This document shows positions 10,093 through 20,070 of a stretch of DNA of 64,000 nt, piece after piece. Made by a program: the position numbers and the translations under genes. This DNA is from a virus: positions 32,001 through 96,000 of the IMG/VR virus record IMGVR_UViG_3300033273_000658; one strand, given 5' to 3'. How positions within the stretch are numbered: the first letter of the stretch is position 1; every line of letters begins with the position of its first letter. The notes under the pieces are model-generated. The model made no database searches. It was not told where the DNA came from and saw only the letters and a list, made by a program, of their open reading frames with translations.

Positions 10093-13000
10093 TGGCTAAA
10101 AAATCTGCAAGAAAAAACATTAGTTTTCTAGAAAATCTAACCATAGATGAGTACGATAGTTTAGGTCTATATGTCGTCAATAAAGGCATACCTAAAGAAG
10201 ATATAACGCCAGAAATTTATTTAGACCAACATACAAATGATGCAGGAAAATCGGAGATAGGGCTTTATCATCCGGATGACATTCGGTATATAAATGAAAA
10301 TTATCCAGATTTACCAAAAGAATTTCTCTGGACCATTAGACCTAATCTATCGGACAATAGCTACTTCCAACGAGGTCTATTTGTAGATTTGTTTGATGCT
10401 CTTCGTGAAGGAAGTGAACTGGATCTCAGTAGTGAGTTCATAAAACTATTTTTAAAGTACTATAGTAAAAAAGAAAATAGAGAATGGCTGTTTCAAAAAT
10501 ACATGCCGATGCAAACATTTTCAGGTGCTGATAGCAAACAAGTAGAAATAAATAATACTTTAGCTAAACTCATAGAAAAACATGAAGATGACATTTTTGA
10601 ACTAGTTGCTTTTGATAAATACAAATTTGAAGAGTTCGACAAACAAGTGGTTGTTTTATTGAATGAACATCTATCTAAATCCTTTCCTGTACATGGTCTA
10701 GAGTATGCTTACAAATCAAAAAGCGGTTATCGCTGGACAGGAGAAGGGATTATTGATCAAGTTGGCGCAACTGTTTTACCAGAAGAAAAGGTACACAAAG
10801 TTGAATCTTCTCTATTTTTTAATAAAGTTAATGATTATAGAAAACCTTTTGATTTTATTAAAGGCGAAGAGGGAACAAATGACGCAAAATTTATTGAAGG
10901 AAGTAGATTTTCAGATTTTAAAATTTCAAACCAAGTATCTGATACAACTGCTTGGTTTGACAAAGGGCCACAAGTACATGTAAAGTTTGCTTATAATAAT
11001 TTTTTAGTGAAATTTTTAAATGTTTTAGAATTACAGAAATCTGGGGAAATATCATACAATGATGAAGCAGTTGAAGTATTATTCCATAATAGTTTAGCTG
11101 ATTATTTAAATTCTCCAATAAAATTTTCAATCGGTAGTGATTTAGCTGGAACATCGCAAGAGTTTTCTTTAATGCTCGGTAATTATGTTGCAAAAAAGTT
11201 TTTAGATGATTTTAGATTTGCTGCTTGGAAAAAAGCAGTTAAAATTTTTAGTGAATTATCTGAAGATGAAATAAGTAAACTTACAGCTGATGATGAAAAA
11301 AAATTAGCTCAAGAATCTTTTGAGGCCGGGGAACGAGCTGCTCTAAAATCTGATGTTTTGGATAGAGACCCGAATACAGCTAGTGAAGATGAACTGTCAC
11401 AAGCAGAAATTGAAGAACGACAAAAGTTTTTTAAACAATGCGCATTAATGACAAGATTAGATGAATTCAGTAATGAATACGAACAAGCAGTTATTGAAAG
11501 AGCTGAAAAAATTAACCCAGGAAACTTTGCTTATAATGGAGATCGTTTTTATTTAGTAAAAGATGGTGACGGAGAGCAAAACGGTATTGTTTCTAAATTA
11601 CTTTTACCAAAGGCCTCTCAAATAGAAGAGTTTCTAGAAATTGAACCTTCTGCTCATGCCTATCTTGTACCAAAACTAAGGTTTTACAAAGTATCTCAAA
11701 AAGGAAGTACTGTTGTTGAAGAAGAATTTAAATTTCGCAATTTTACTTCGAACAATAGAGTCTCTAAACTTTTAAATGAACAATACGATAAAGGCGGTGA
11801 TTATGGTATAAGAGAGTTTTCTTTTTCTTTTGAAGGAACGACACCGGCAACAGCTAAAAACGACATACAAGCTAGTCTTTCTCTTTATTTTCAAACGTTT
11901 GATGATTTTGTCGACAAACAGCCGGAAAATAATTCTCCGTTTGTTGACATGCTTCTATTATCAGGTGGTACCAACAAAAAGGGGTCTGGTAAAGAAAGTA
12001 GGTTTCAATTTCAACCTGACTATTATAGGATGAGAGTTGATGTTGGATGGCTTATACCAGATAAAGACCACAAAGATTTAAAAAAGATAATAGGTAACAA
12101 TAGATTCTTACAACTAAAAACAGCGCTGCAAAAAACAAATAAAAGCTTTTACTTAAACATGATTGATCACACAATTGATTTTAGAGATGATGGGTCTGTG
12201 CAAATAGATGTTGAGTATAGAGCCTACATAGAATCATCTTTAAAAGGAACGGTTTTGGATGCATTAGCCAATAGAGAAACCAAGGCTTCTCGCAAAAAAA
12301 CACAAGATGATTATCTAACTATTTTAAATTCTAAAAGATGTACTGTGGGTGAATTAAATAAAATCAAAAGACAATTGTTACAAATCGAAGATCTCCTAAA
12401 AAAACAAGCGTATCAATCTATTATGAATCGCTTGATTAAAAATGGTTTTTTGTTTTTTAAAAAACTAAAAATAACCAGCGATGCAGAGAACTTTCAGAGA
12501 AATGGATTCTTTTCCGGAAAAGTTAAATTTGCATCAGATTCAGAAGAACCAAATGAGGAGAAAAAACTAAAAGAAGCAGCATCTGGAAAAACATTTGATC
12601 TAGATGACAATTTCTTCAATGAAAAGTTATCAAATGACGAAGATTATTTGTTTGTAAACTATTTTTACCTTGGGGATTTACTGTATGTTATCCTAGACTC
12701 TCTTTATGATGATAATGATAACTATCTTGAAGGCAACGAAAATTTTAAATTTATTTTGGGTTCTTTGCAATATGAAGATCTTTTTGATACAGCAACTACC
12801 TTCAAAACAATCAATATAGCATCTATACCAATCTCAGCTGAATTGTTTTTTGAATGGTTTACTGAAAATGTAATAAAACCAGAGAGAAATAGTTATCCGA
12901 TTATGTATTTTATAAGAGATTTATGTAAATATTTAATTGGGCAAATTTTATCTGAATCTTGCTTTAAAAGATCTTTAGATAAAAGATTGCAATTCAAAAC

Positions 13001-14015
13001 AACAAACTTTGTAGGAATTGGAGATCAATTAGAATCAATGGTGGATCTAGGAAAACCAATAATAGATTTAGAAACTGAATATAATAATGGAAATGTTCCA
13101 TTGTTTCAAGATTCTGATAAAAAAGTTCCGATTAGCAATTATACAAATTACATTCTTATTTATGTTGATGCACCAAAGCTTTTCGTGCCAGGTGATACAA
13201 TAAAAAGAGGCATAAAGTCTAATGATGGAGATGTAGGCATCTATCATTATCAAATAGGAAAAGACAGAGGACTTCTCAAAAAATTGAAATTCTCAAAAAC
13301 AGACATGCAATACGTACGAGAAGCAAGATTCTTTAGAAATGGTCGTGATGGTTTAATGCAACTTGCTAATGTATACAATGTAAATTTGGACATGATCGGA
13401 AATACATTGTATTATCCCGGCATGGAAATTTATATAAATCCGCTCGGATTCATGGGAGCAAAAAGCAAACAATTTAATCCTACAATAAAACAAAGTGTAG
13501 CTAATAGACTTGGATTTGGAGGCTATCACCTGGTAACAAATGTAAAATCTACAATAGCACCTGGTAAGTTTAATACTCAAGTAACAGCAATGTTCAATTA
13601 TTCGGGAGATGGAGATCCTTCTTCTGTCATAGTTGGCGGCAAGGACGACATAAAGCCAATCACAAAAGAAGATAAAATAGATGATGCTCATAGGCCCAAA
13701 GCAAATAAAAATTATTGTTCTTCTGCATACAATAAAATTATTAATGTTGCACTTGACATCTCAAACAATAAGCTGCAAAGCTATCCTGGTATAGACATTA
13801 AATCTCTGAATGACAAAGCAAGAGTTACAGGAAACGTAGAAGAAATGAGAGAGCAAAGAGCAATAGAAGCTTCAAGTGCCGAGCTACTAGGCAGCGGATT
13901 TGCAGACACCGGTGTTTCTGATGATGTTAGAGAAATAATCTCAGATGCTGGTGGGTTTAGAGAAGAATCCGCTCTTGAAACGCTTCTAAGACAGGCTGAA
14001 GAGGAAGAAGAATAA
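10092..14015 (+). CDS. Large baseplate hub-like structural protein
   Basis: 1307 aa; the C-terminal MIGNTLYYPGMEIYI...GGYHLVTNVKSTIAPGKFNTQV resembles hub (gp27/GPD-type) C-termini. Confidence 0.55.
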   Translation: MAKKSARKNISFLENLTIDEYDSLGLYVVNKGIPKEDITPEIYLDQHTNDAGKSEIGLYHPDDIRYINENYPDLPKEFLWTIRPNLSDNSYFQRGLFVDLFDALREGSELDLSSEFIKLFLKYYSKKENREWLFQKYMPMQTFSGADSKQVEINNTLAKLIEKHEDDIFELVAFDKYKFEEFDKQVVVLLNEHLSKSFPVHGLEYAYKSKSGYRWTGEGIIDQVGATVLPEEKVHKVESSLFFNKVNDYRKPFDFIKGEEGTNDAKFIEGSRFSDFKISNQVSDTTAWFDKGPQVHVKFAYNNFLVKFLNVLELQKSGEISYNDEAVEVLFHNSLADYLNSPIKFSIGSDLAGTSQEFSLMLGNYVAKKFLDDFRFAAWKKAVKIFSELSEDEISKLTADDEKKLAQESFEAGERAALKSDVLDRDPNTASEDELSQAEIEERQKFFKQCALMTRLDEFSNEYEQAVIERAEKINPGNFAYNGDRFYLVKDGDGEQNGIVSKLLLPKASQIEEFLEIEPSAHAYLVPKLRFYKVSQKGSTVVEEEFKFRNFTSNNRVSKLLNEQYDKGGDYGIREFSFSFEGTTPATAKNDIQASLSLYFQTFDDFVDKQPENNSPFVDMLLLSGGTNKKGSGKESRFQFQPDYYRMRVDVGWLIPDKDHKDLKKIIGNNRFLQLKTALQKTNKSFYLNMIDHTIDFRDDGSVQIDVEYRAYIESSLKGTVLDALANRETKASRKKTQDDYLTILNSKRCTVGELNKIKRQLLQIEDLLKKQAYQSIMNRLIKNGFLFFKKLKITSDAENFQRNGFFSGKVKFASDSEEPNEEKKLKEAASGKTFDLDDNFFNEKLSNDEDYLFVNYFYLGDLLYVILDSLYDDNDNYLEGNENFKFILGSLQYEDLFDTATTFKTINIASIPISAELFFEWFTENVIKPERNSYPIMYFIRDLCKYLIGQILSESCFKRSLDKRLQFKTTNFVGIGDQLESMVDLGKPIIDLETEYNNGNVPLFQDSDKKVPISNYTNYILIYVDAPKLFVPGDTIKRGIKSNDGDVGIYHYQIGKDRGLLKKLKFSKTDMQYVREARFFRNGRDGLMQLANVYNVNLDMIGNTLYYPGMEIYINPLGFMGAKSKQFNPTIKQSVANRLGFGGYHLVTNVKSTIAPGKFNTQVTAMFNYSGDGDPSSVIVGGKDDIKPITKEDKIDDAHRPKANKNYCSSAYNKIINVALDISNNKLQSYPGIDIKSLNDKARVTGNVEEMREQRAIEASSAELLGSGFADTGVSDDVREIISDAGGFREESALETLLRQAEEEEE

Positions 14016-14016
14016 G

Positions 14017-15216
14017 ATGGCAAAATTCAAAGCAAAAAACACAGGTCAATCAGCAGCTTTTCAAGGTTACTATCGTTCTCAATATAGACAACGTGCATTT
14101 CCAGAAAATAATTCGTTGGGTCCTGTTGGTGTTGTTGATTTTTTATTTGCCGAGAGAAATTTGTATGGAAGAGTTGATCAAGATTTGAATGTAGTGATCC
14201 CAAATACAGATACCATCAAAAGATTAACATCCAATAACAACCCAACGGGTGTAATTGCAATGAATTTTGTTGTAGATCAGTTTATTGACCTCAAAAAGGC
14301 ATTCCAAAGAGCATTAAATACAAGAAAAATTAGACAAAATGATCCATACCTCTCAAATCTAGAAGTATCTAGGTCGTATGTCAACCCGAAAGGTCTTTAT
14401 GAATCTTATTTTGCAAAAATTATGAGAAATTTTGAAGATAATTTCTTGGATAAGAGAAAAACAATAAAACCAGAAGATTATTTTTCACAATTTTTGCTTT
14501 ATATACAACAAATCACACCTACTTTCCCATTAACCTTCACAGCTTGGCAAAGAAGCAAGAATTCTTCTATTTTTACAAGTGGTTTAGCATTAGATTTATC
14601 TGGATTAGATGTAGGAAACGATGAACTAAAGGAAACTTTCATAGAAAGCGAAAATTTCCCATACTTTTTGAACGCATGTAATAATTTTGGTTTCTCCGTA
14701 GTTAAGAACTCGCCATGGATAATCGTGGCAGATCTAGGCAGTCCTGCTTCTACAATATACCATGATTTTTACAATTTGTCAAGTGTAAAACAAATATTTT
14801 CTCAACAATTTATAAAAACATCTGATTCTGATGTTGATTACATAAAACAAATGTTATTTAATTCTTATAATAATTTTGTTGATAGATTTAACTATGAAAA
14901 GAATTTTACTTTATGTAATAAAAAATTATTAAAAAATAATTTATATAGAAATAATATTAATATTAATAAATTTAATAATATATATAACAATAAATATTTT
15001 ATAGAATATTATAATAATATAAGATACTTTGAAGAAGAATCTGGCTTCTCTGTATCTGATAGAAACAAATTCACAGAAAATGCAAAAAAGTTAGAAAAAA
15101 CATTTGACATGGACAGAGCTATCGGTTATATTAATGAACAGTACAGAAGTGTTTATAAATCAAAACCTGGTGGATTAAACCATGTACTAAAGAGGGCAGA
15201 AAAAAAGAAGAGATAA
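14017..15216 (+). CDS. Hypothetical protein (end of structural module)
   Basis: 399 aa ORF containing an extremely AT-rich segment. Confidence 0.7.
   Translation: MAKFKAKNTGQSAAFQGYYRSQYRQRAFPENNSLGPVGVVDFLFAERNLYGRVDQDLNVVIPNTDTIKRLTSNNNPTGVIAMNFVVDQFIDLKKAFQRALNTRKIRQNDPYLSNLEVSRSYVNPKGLYESYFAKIMRNFEDNFLDKRKTIKPEDYFSQFLLYIQQITPTFPLTFTAWQRSKNSSIFTSGLALDLSGLDVGNDELKETFIESENFPYFLNACNNFGFSVVKNSPWIIVADLGSPASTIYHDFYNLSSVKQIFSQQFIKTSDSDVDYIKQMLFNSYNNFVDRFNYEKNFTLCNKKLLKNNLYRNNININKFNNIYNNKYFIEYYNNIRYFEEESGFSVSDRNKFTENAKKLEKTFDMDRAIGYINEQYRSVYKSKPGGLNHVLKRAEKKKR
15104..15132 (+). promoter_or_regulatory. Sigma70-type promoter upstream of the polA-like gene
   Basis: TTGACA-N17-TATATT. Confidence 0.6.
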
Positions 15217-15252
15217 GTGTGGCAGTTTATCTCTCTTTTGTATGGAGGATAA

Positions 15253-16428
15253 ATGCTATTTCAAATTTTAGATGATAAACAAGAATGTCTTGGTTTATTT
15301 GCAAATGGAGATTTTTACTATGGTCAAATTAAAAGAGCTTTTGAGAAAACATGGGATTGGTCTCCTCACTTATCAGATGATGATTATGAATATGCTAGGA
15401 TTTGGTGTGGAGGTAAGTCACTTGAAGACGCTTGTCCCGAACATCTCTCAGATCGCTTGGAGATCCACAAAAAGAGAGTTAAGAATTTTGTAAAAGCAGC
15501 TTCGGTTGCTAAAATCAACCTTGACGATGTATGTTTGTTTGACATCATTCCAAAACAAGCATTGATACACTGGTGTCAAGTTAAAAATGAGATCTGTGAT
15601 TATGTGTTTGAAAATTACACAAAACCAGCAAATCATAAATTCATGATAGATCTCAGCAAGATGGTTTATGAAATTTCTAACAATCCCGTTGTTTTGGATC
15701 AAAATAAACTATTTAACTATCAGAAGACCGACTATAAGGCTAAGTCTCTTTGGAACAGTTTTGGAGGGAAAACTTCCAACATTTCATACGAAATTTATGG
15801 CTCTGTAACAGGTCGTCTAACAACAAAATCTGGTTCATTTCCAATCTTAAATCTTAAGAAAGAAATTGCTGACATTGTTGTTCCAAAGAATGATGCATTC
15901 ATTCAATTTGATTTCAATGGAGCAGAGATCAGAACTCTTCTATCTTTGTCCGGAGAAACACAACCCCAGGAAGATATACATGAATTTAACGCAAAAATAC
16001 TTAAATGTTCTCGTGACGAAGCTAAGAAAAAATTCTTCGCATGGTTCTATAATCCCAACAAAAAAAGCGTAGAACTTTCACAACATTACAGAAGAGATGT
16101 TGTATTAGATAGACACTATTCAAACGGTATTGTAAAGACACCGTTTGGTAGAGAGATTGAAGCAGATGACTTTCATTCGTTTAATTATCTGCTTCAATCC
16201 ACGTCTTCTGATAATTGTTTAGCTCAAGCAATAAAAATCAATAAATTTCTATCTGGGAAAAAATCATTTGTACATTCTGTAGTACACGATTCAATAACTA
16301 TTGATTTTCACAAAGATGATAGAGAACTAGTTACTCAGATAAAACAAATTTTTGAAGATACCAGATTAGGCCAATTTAAATCTTCAATGCACATAGGTAA
16401 AAATTATAGAGACATGGAGGAAGTATGA
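15253..16428 (+). CDS. Family A DNA polymerase, stand-alone polymerase domain
   Basis: TGRLTT, motif A DFNGAEIRTL, motif B RDEAKKKFFAWFY, NYLLQS, motif C VHDS; no intact exonuclease domain recognised. Confidence 0.85.
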   Translation: MLFQILDDKQECLGLFANGDFYYGQIKRAFEKTWDWSPHLSDDDYEYARIWCGGKSLEDACPEHLSDRLEIHKKRVKNFVKAASVAKINLDDVCLFDIIPKQALIHWCQVKNEICDYVFENYTKPANHKFMIDLSKMVYEISNNPVVLDQNKLFNYQKTDYKAKSLWNSFGGKTSNISYEIYGSVTGRLTTKSGSFPILNLKKEIADIVVPKNDAFIQFDFNGAEIRTLLSLSGETQPQEDIHEFNAKILKCSRDEAKKKFFAWFYNPNKKSVELSQHYRRDVVLDRHYSNGIVKTPFGREIEADDFHSFNYLLQSTSSDNCLAQAIKINKFLSGKKSFVHSVVHDSITIDFHKDDRELVTQIKQIFEDTRLGQFKSSMHIGKNYRDMEEV

Positions 16429-17231
16429 CAGTTTTAATAGGTTTAGGAAAAGCCGGATGTGAAATTGTTAATAAATTTTCTGACTCCTATAAAAAGATTA
16501 CCATAGATGCTGGTTCGGAACTCCCAGAGTTCAACTCACCAGAGGATTACGACCAAAAACTGACGAACTATTCCCATCTCTTAGATTTTGACGAGGAAGA
16601 GTGTTATTTCTTTGTTTGCGGAGCTGGTAAAGTTTCGGCAGCCTCACTCAGATTGTTAGAGCTTGTACAATCTAAAAAAATAAATCTTGTATACATCTAT
16701 CCGGAAGAGATTATGTTGTCTCCAACACAGAAGAAACTCAACAGAGTTGCTTTTAATGTGTTTCAGCAGTATGCGAGATCAGGTCTTCTTAATTCTATGT
16801 ACATCATGTCGAACGAAGAAATTTGTTCGTTTCTTCCTTATTATTCTTTGGAAGACATGTATGATCACATAAACAATGCAATTGTAAATGTTTTTGAGAG
16901 TGTGATTTTTTACCTTAACCAGAGACCGGTCTTAGGTTCACATCATGAAGCGAAAGAAATTTCCCGCATTAGAACAGTTGAATACGGAGAATTTAAAAAA
17001 AATAAAAAAAACATGTACTTTCCACTTGACAATGTTACCGAGACATGCTACATTAATATAGTAAATGATGAGGACATGAAAAACAATAGAGAGTTGTTGG
17101 ATCTATTAAAGAATAAAATTAAAGAAGATACTGATAACAACATCAATTCTTCTTTTGTAGTATTCAGATCTGACTATGAACACTCTTTTTATTATGCGAT
17201 TCGGTTTACGCATTATTTACAAGAAAATTAA
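16425..17231 (+). CDS. Divergent tubulin/FtsZ-like protein
   Basis: N-terminal IGLGKAGCEIV loop, degenerate signature (CGAGKVSAAS) and INNAIV helix. Confidence 0.55.
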   Translation: MTVLIGLGKAGCEIVNKFSDSYKKITIDAGSELPEFNSPEDYDQKLTNYSHLLDFDEEECYFFVCGAGKVSAASLRLLELVQSKKINLVYIYPEEIMLSPTQKKLNRVAFNVFQQYARSGLLNSMYIMSNEEICSFLPYYSLEDMYDHINNAIVNVFESVIFYLNQRPVLGSHHEAKEISRIRTVEYGEFKKNKKNMYFPLDNVTETCYINIVNDEDMKNNRELLDLLKNKIKEDTDNNINSSFVVFRSDYEHSFYYAIRFTHYLQEN

Positions 17232-17239
17232 AAAAATAC

Positions 17240-17267
17240 TTGACAAGTTCTGAGAACATGTTATATT
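17240..17267 (+). promoter_or_regulatory. Sigma70 promoter with extended -10 (a second promoter lies at 17026-17054)
   Basis: TTGACA-N16-(TG)-TATATT preceded by an A-tract. Confidence 0.7.
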
Positions 17268-17293
17268 ATAAAGGTAAGCAAAAAGGAGAACAA

Positions 17294-17410
17294 ATGATTG
17301 CTTTAATGATGTTATTCTTTGCCTGTGGTGAAGAAAAAGCTGACGATTCTGCTCAACCGGCTGAGGAACAGCAAGAGCAGGTAGAAGATACAGCAGCAAT
17401 TGCTGAATAA
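17294..17410 (+). CDS. 38 aa acidic mini-lipoprotein (not in ORF track)
   Basis: AGGAG RBS; MIALMMLFFAC-GEEKADDSAQPAEEQQEQVEDTAAIAE with lipobox-like FFAC. Confidence 0.7.
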   Translation: MIALMMLFFACGEEKADDSAQPAEEQQEQVEDTAAIAE

Positions 17411-17436
17411 AAAACTGAAAAAAAATAAAAAAATAC

Positions 17437-17465
17437 TTGACAACTTAAACAAAACATGCTATAAT
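17437..17465 (+). promoter_or_regulatory. Consensus sigma70 promoter
   Basis: TTGACA-N17-TATAAT with extended TG and an upstream A-tract. Confidence 0.85.
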
Positions 17466-17571
17466 ATAAAAGTAATTGAGAAGTGAAACTCCAAAACATT
17501 CACAAAGAGGTTAAGACTTGATCCGGTTTAAAAAGTCAAAAAACTAGACATTTCAATTTATAGGAGGAAAC

Positions 17572-17820
17572 ATGTCAAATTCTAACGTAACAATCTTTAA
17601 CGGTACTTTCCAAAAGCAAAATGGTGATCGCCGTACAATGCGATTCATTCGTCGCCAAGATCTTCCAAGCTCTATGGTTAATGAAGGCACAATTCGTACT
17701 ATGGAACAAAAGACTGGCTCTGAAGTCGTTTATGATGTTGATGCTCGTGCATTCCGTCAATTCAACTGGAAAACTGTTGAAGGTGATGTAACACGAACCA
17801 ATACAACCTTTAACTTCTAA
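17572..17820 (+). CDS. WYL_2/DUF2693-like Sm/SH3 beta-barrel protein
   Basis: FQKQNGDRRTMRF...VVYDVDARAFRQFNW pattern. Confidence 0.65.
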   Translation: MSNSNVTIFNGTFQKQNGDRRTMRFIRRQDLPSSMVNEGTIRTMEQKTGSEVVYDVDARAFRQFNWKTVEGDVTRTNTTFNF

Positions 17821-17842
17821 GATCTCCTGTCTTGGATAAAGC

Positions 17843-17966
17843 AACGGTTTTTGAGTTAGGGTTTTCCGTTTAAAAAAACCCTTTCGTTTGGACAACTATT
17901 TCCTGGGCTGAAGGATTAGTTGGCGGTTTTTCGGGTTGCTTTTCCGTTGTTGAAAAAAACTTCCCC
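17843..17966 (+). ncRNA. Two tandem predicted H-type pseudoknots
   Basis: AACGG/CCGTT plus AGGGTTTT/AAAACCCT (17843-17882); a weaker related copy lies at 17921-17966. Confidence 0.45.
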
Positions 17967-17973
17967 TGTTTTC

Positions 17974-18002
17974 TTGACAGTATCAAGATAAAATGTTATT
18001 AT
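17974..18002 (+). promoter_or_regulatory. Sigma70 promoter for the ssb gene
   Basis: TTGACA-N17-TATTAT with TG. Confidence 0.7.
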
Positions 18003-18082
18003 AAAATGGGAGCAAGATTAAAACTCTGCTTACCTTAGTCTGAGAAGACAATAAACATCGCCTAACTAATGGAGAAACTAAC

Positions 18083-18835
18083 ATGGCACTTAATATTGAA
18101 CTAATGAAACAAAAACTTGCAAACTCACAAAACAAGAATGCAGGAAAAACAAATGATACTAAATGGCGACCATCAGAAGGAGACCAAACAATTCGAATCC
18201 TTCCAACCAAAGATGGAGACCCGTTCAAGGAATTCCACTTCCACTACAATGTAGGAAAGAATCCTGGTATCCTTTGTCCTAAAAAGAACTACGGCGAGCA
18301 CTGCCCTATTTGCGACTTTGCCTCCAATCTCTGGCGAGATGGTGTGGATAACAATGACGATCAAACTAAAAATGCTGCAAAGAAGTTATTCGCTCGTAAG
18401 CGTTACTACTCTCCAATCCTTGTCCGTGGTCAAGAGACCTCTGGTGTAAAGGTATGGGCTTACGGTAAGACTGCGTATGAGACACTTCTTGGTTATGTAT
18501 TGGATCCTGATTATGGAGACATTACCTCTGCCGAAACCGGAACTGACATCGTTCTTTCGTACACAGTTCCTGGCACACCCGGTTCTTTCCCAAAGACCCA
18601 ACTTAAACCTCGTCGCCGTCCCTCCGTACTATGTGATGAGGCAATCGCTGACTGTGATGCTCTTCTAGATAGTGTGCCCGACATCGAAGCACAATTTACA
18701 AGACTGTCATCTGAAGATATACAAGCTCTGTTGGACGACTATCTGTCTACGGATTCCTCCTCCGAAATGTCCTCCTCAGAAACTGCTAAGTACGGCAGTT
18801 CCGTAGATAAAAAGATTAGCGACTTTCTAAGTTAG
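18083..18835 (+). CDS. Single-stranded DNA-binding protein, T4 gp32-like
   Basis: IRILP, H..C...CPIC zinc ligands, GVKVWAYGK, DYGDIT...GTDI and acidic/Ser-rich tail. Confidence 0.85.
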   Translation: MALNIELMKQKLANSQNKNAGKTNDTKWRPSEGDQTIRILPTKDGDPFKEFHFHYNVGKNPGILCPKKNYGEHCPICDFASNLWRDGVDNNDDQTKNAAKKLFARKRYYSPILVRGQETSGVKVWAYGKTAYETLLGYVLDPDYGDITSAETGTDIVLSYTVPGTPGSFPKTQLKPRRRPSVLCDEAIADCDALLDSVPDIEAQFTRLSSEDIQALLDDYLSTDSSSEMSSSETAKYGSSVDKKISDFLS

Positions 18836-18843
18836 TGATTGTT

Positions 18844-18883
18844 CGCCTTGCCCCTTGGCGTTGTAAATAAAGGGGTATTTTTT
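18844..18883 (+). ncRNA. Predicted H-type pseudoknot/terminator hairpin
   Basis: CGCC/GGCG plus TGCCCCTT/AAGGGGTA, followed by a T run. Confidence 0.5.
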
Positions 18884-18910
18884 ATGACATTTAAACAACA
18901 GGAGGAAATA

Positions 18911-20065
18911 ATGTCCAATATTGATTTAACTGAATTCTCAAGACTTGAGAGTAGACTGAGCAACGCTCCATTTTCTGTCCACAAAGAGTTTATGAAAATT
19001 CTACGTGATGTATTGAAAGAAGGAAAAAATTCTTCTTTTCTTCAGAATGTAGATGGAACAACAGTTGATTGTAATTCTCACAACTCACAATGCAGAGCAA
19101 TCAACATTGACCCTAAGAACCTAGCAGAAATAAAAAATGATGCTGCAGCGAGAGGGATAGAAAACCCTATTTTCATTTATCAACTTCCATCAAACTCAAA
19201 GTACAAATTTGGATTGATCAATGGCAGACACAGAAACGAAGCTGGAACCAGTCTGCAAATAAATATACCGGCAGTCGTTATCTCTTATTCTGTTTTCACC
19301 AAGATAATTCCGATCATGTCAGAAATCCAAGCGATTTTAAATGACAACAAACCTTCAAAATCTAATAATGAAAATGATCTCAAAAAACACATTAGAACAA
19401 TTGTTGAAAGAGATGGCATAAATTTGGAGAACGATCTTCAATACGAAAGACTCTTAAGAAGGCTAGAATTTTGCCACAAAGGAATCAGTCGTAATGCCAT
19501 TAAGAATAATCTAACCCGGATTAAGAAGGCTATAAAGCAAGAACGATCTGATGTATTTTGTGCAAAAGGAGAAACTTTTAAGAAGTTGTACTCACAAAAC
19601 AACATTGTCACTCTGAATGAAGAGACAAAAGTTGTTTCAACAAGAGGCTCTTCTCTTGATCAAGAATGGCCAAGATCTGTAAGGCTAAAAGCAGAACATC
19701 CTAGAAGAAAACTTACATGGATTTATTCTGATAATAATAACAATGGAGATTCTCAATCCGTAATAGACTGTAGAAAATCCTTCTTCGAAAGACTGCACAA
19801 AACCGTTAAGTGCTTTAGCACGATCTACGGTAAAAACGTATTGCCTTTCGATACCTTGGTCATTGCTCCTCAGATAAAGAGTGAATTCACGTTCTTCTTT
19901 AATGATGAGGAAGTAACTTCGAAAGCTGAAGTTGTGAATGATCAAAAATGTTGGAAAAGAATAACTGCCCAACAAATTTTGCAAGCTTTCGAAGCAAAAA
20001 AATCTTATCGTGAAGAGTTTATCTTTACAAAAAAGATTTCTAAGAAAGATAAGAAAGTTAGCTAA
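18911..20065 (+). CDS. ParB/Srx N-terminal domain protein
   Basis: RGIENPIFI...LINGRHR motif; start moved to the ATG after GGAGG. Confidence 0.6.
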   Translation: MSNIDLTEFSRLESRLSNAPFSVHKEFMKILRDVLKEGKNSSFLQNVDGTTVDCNSHNSQCRAINIDPKNLAEIKNDAAARGIENPIFIYQLPSNSKYKFGLINGRHRNEAGTSLQINIPAVVISYSVFTKIIPIMSEIQAILNDNKPSKSNNENDLKKHIRTIVERDGINLENDLQYERLLRRLEFCHKGISRNAIKNNLTRIKKAIKQERSDVFCAKGETFKKLYSQNNIVTLNEETKVVSTRGSSLDQEWPRSVRLKAEHPRRKLTWIYSDNNNNGDSQSVIDCRKSFFERLHKTVKCFSTIYGKNVLPFDTLVIAPQIKSEFTFFFNDEEVTSKAEVVNDQKCWKRITAQQILQAFEAKKSYREEFIFTKKISKKDKKVS

Positions 20066-20070
20066 AATTA

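Noticed and set aside
18833-18877. MuLV-like stop-codon readthrough signal (TAG + 8 nt + pseudoknot)
   Set aside because: The next in-frame codon is TGA, and other copies follow TAA at variable distances
18839-18910. N-terminal extensions given in the ORF track (also 22292, 35129, 41784, 43847, 49130, 51628, 54764, 55104, 56770)
   Set aside because: Downstream ATGs have clear SD sequences or stop-start coupling; the extensions run through hairpins, promoters or upstream genes
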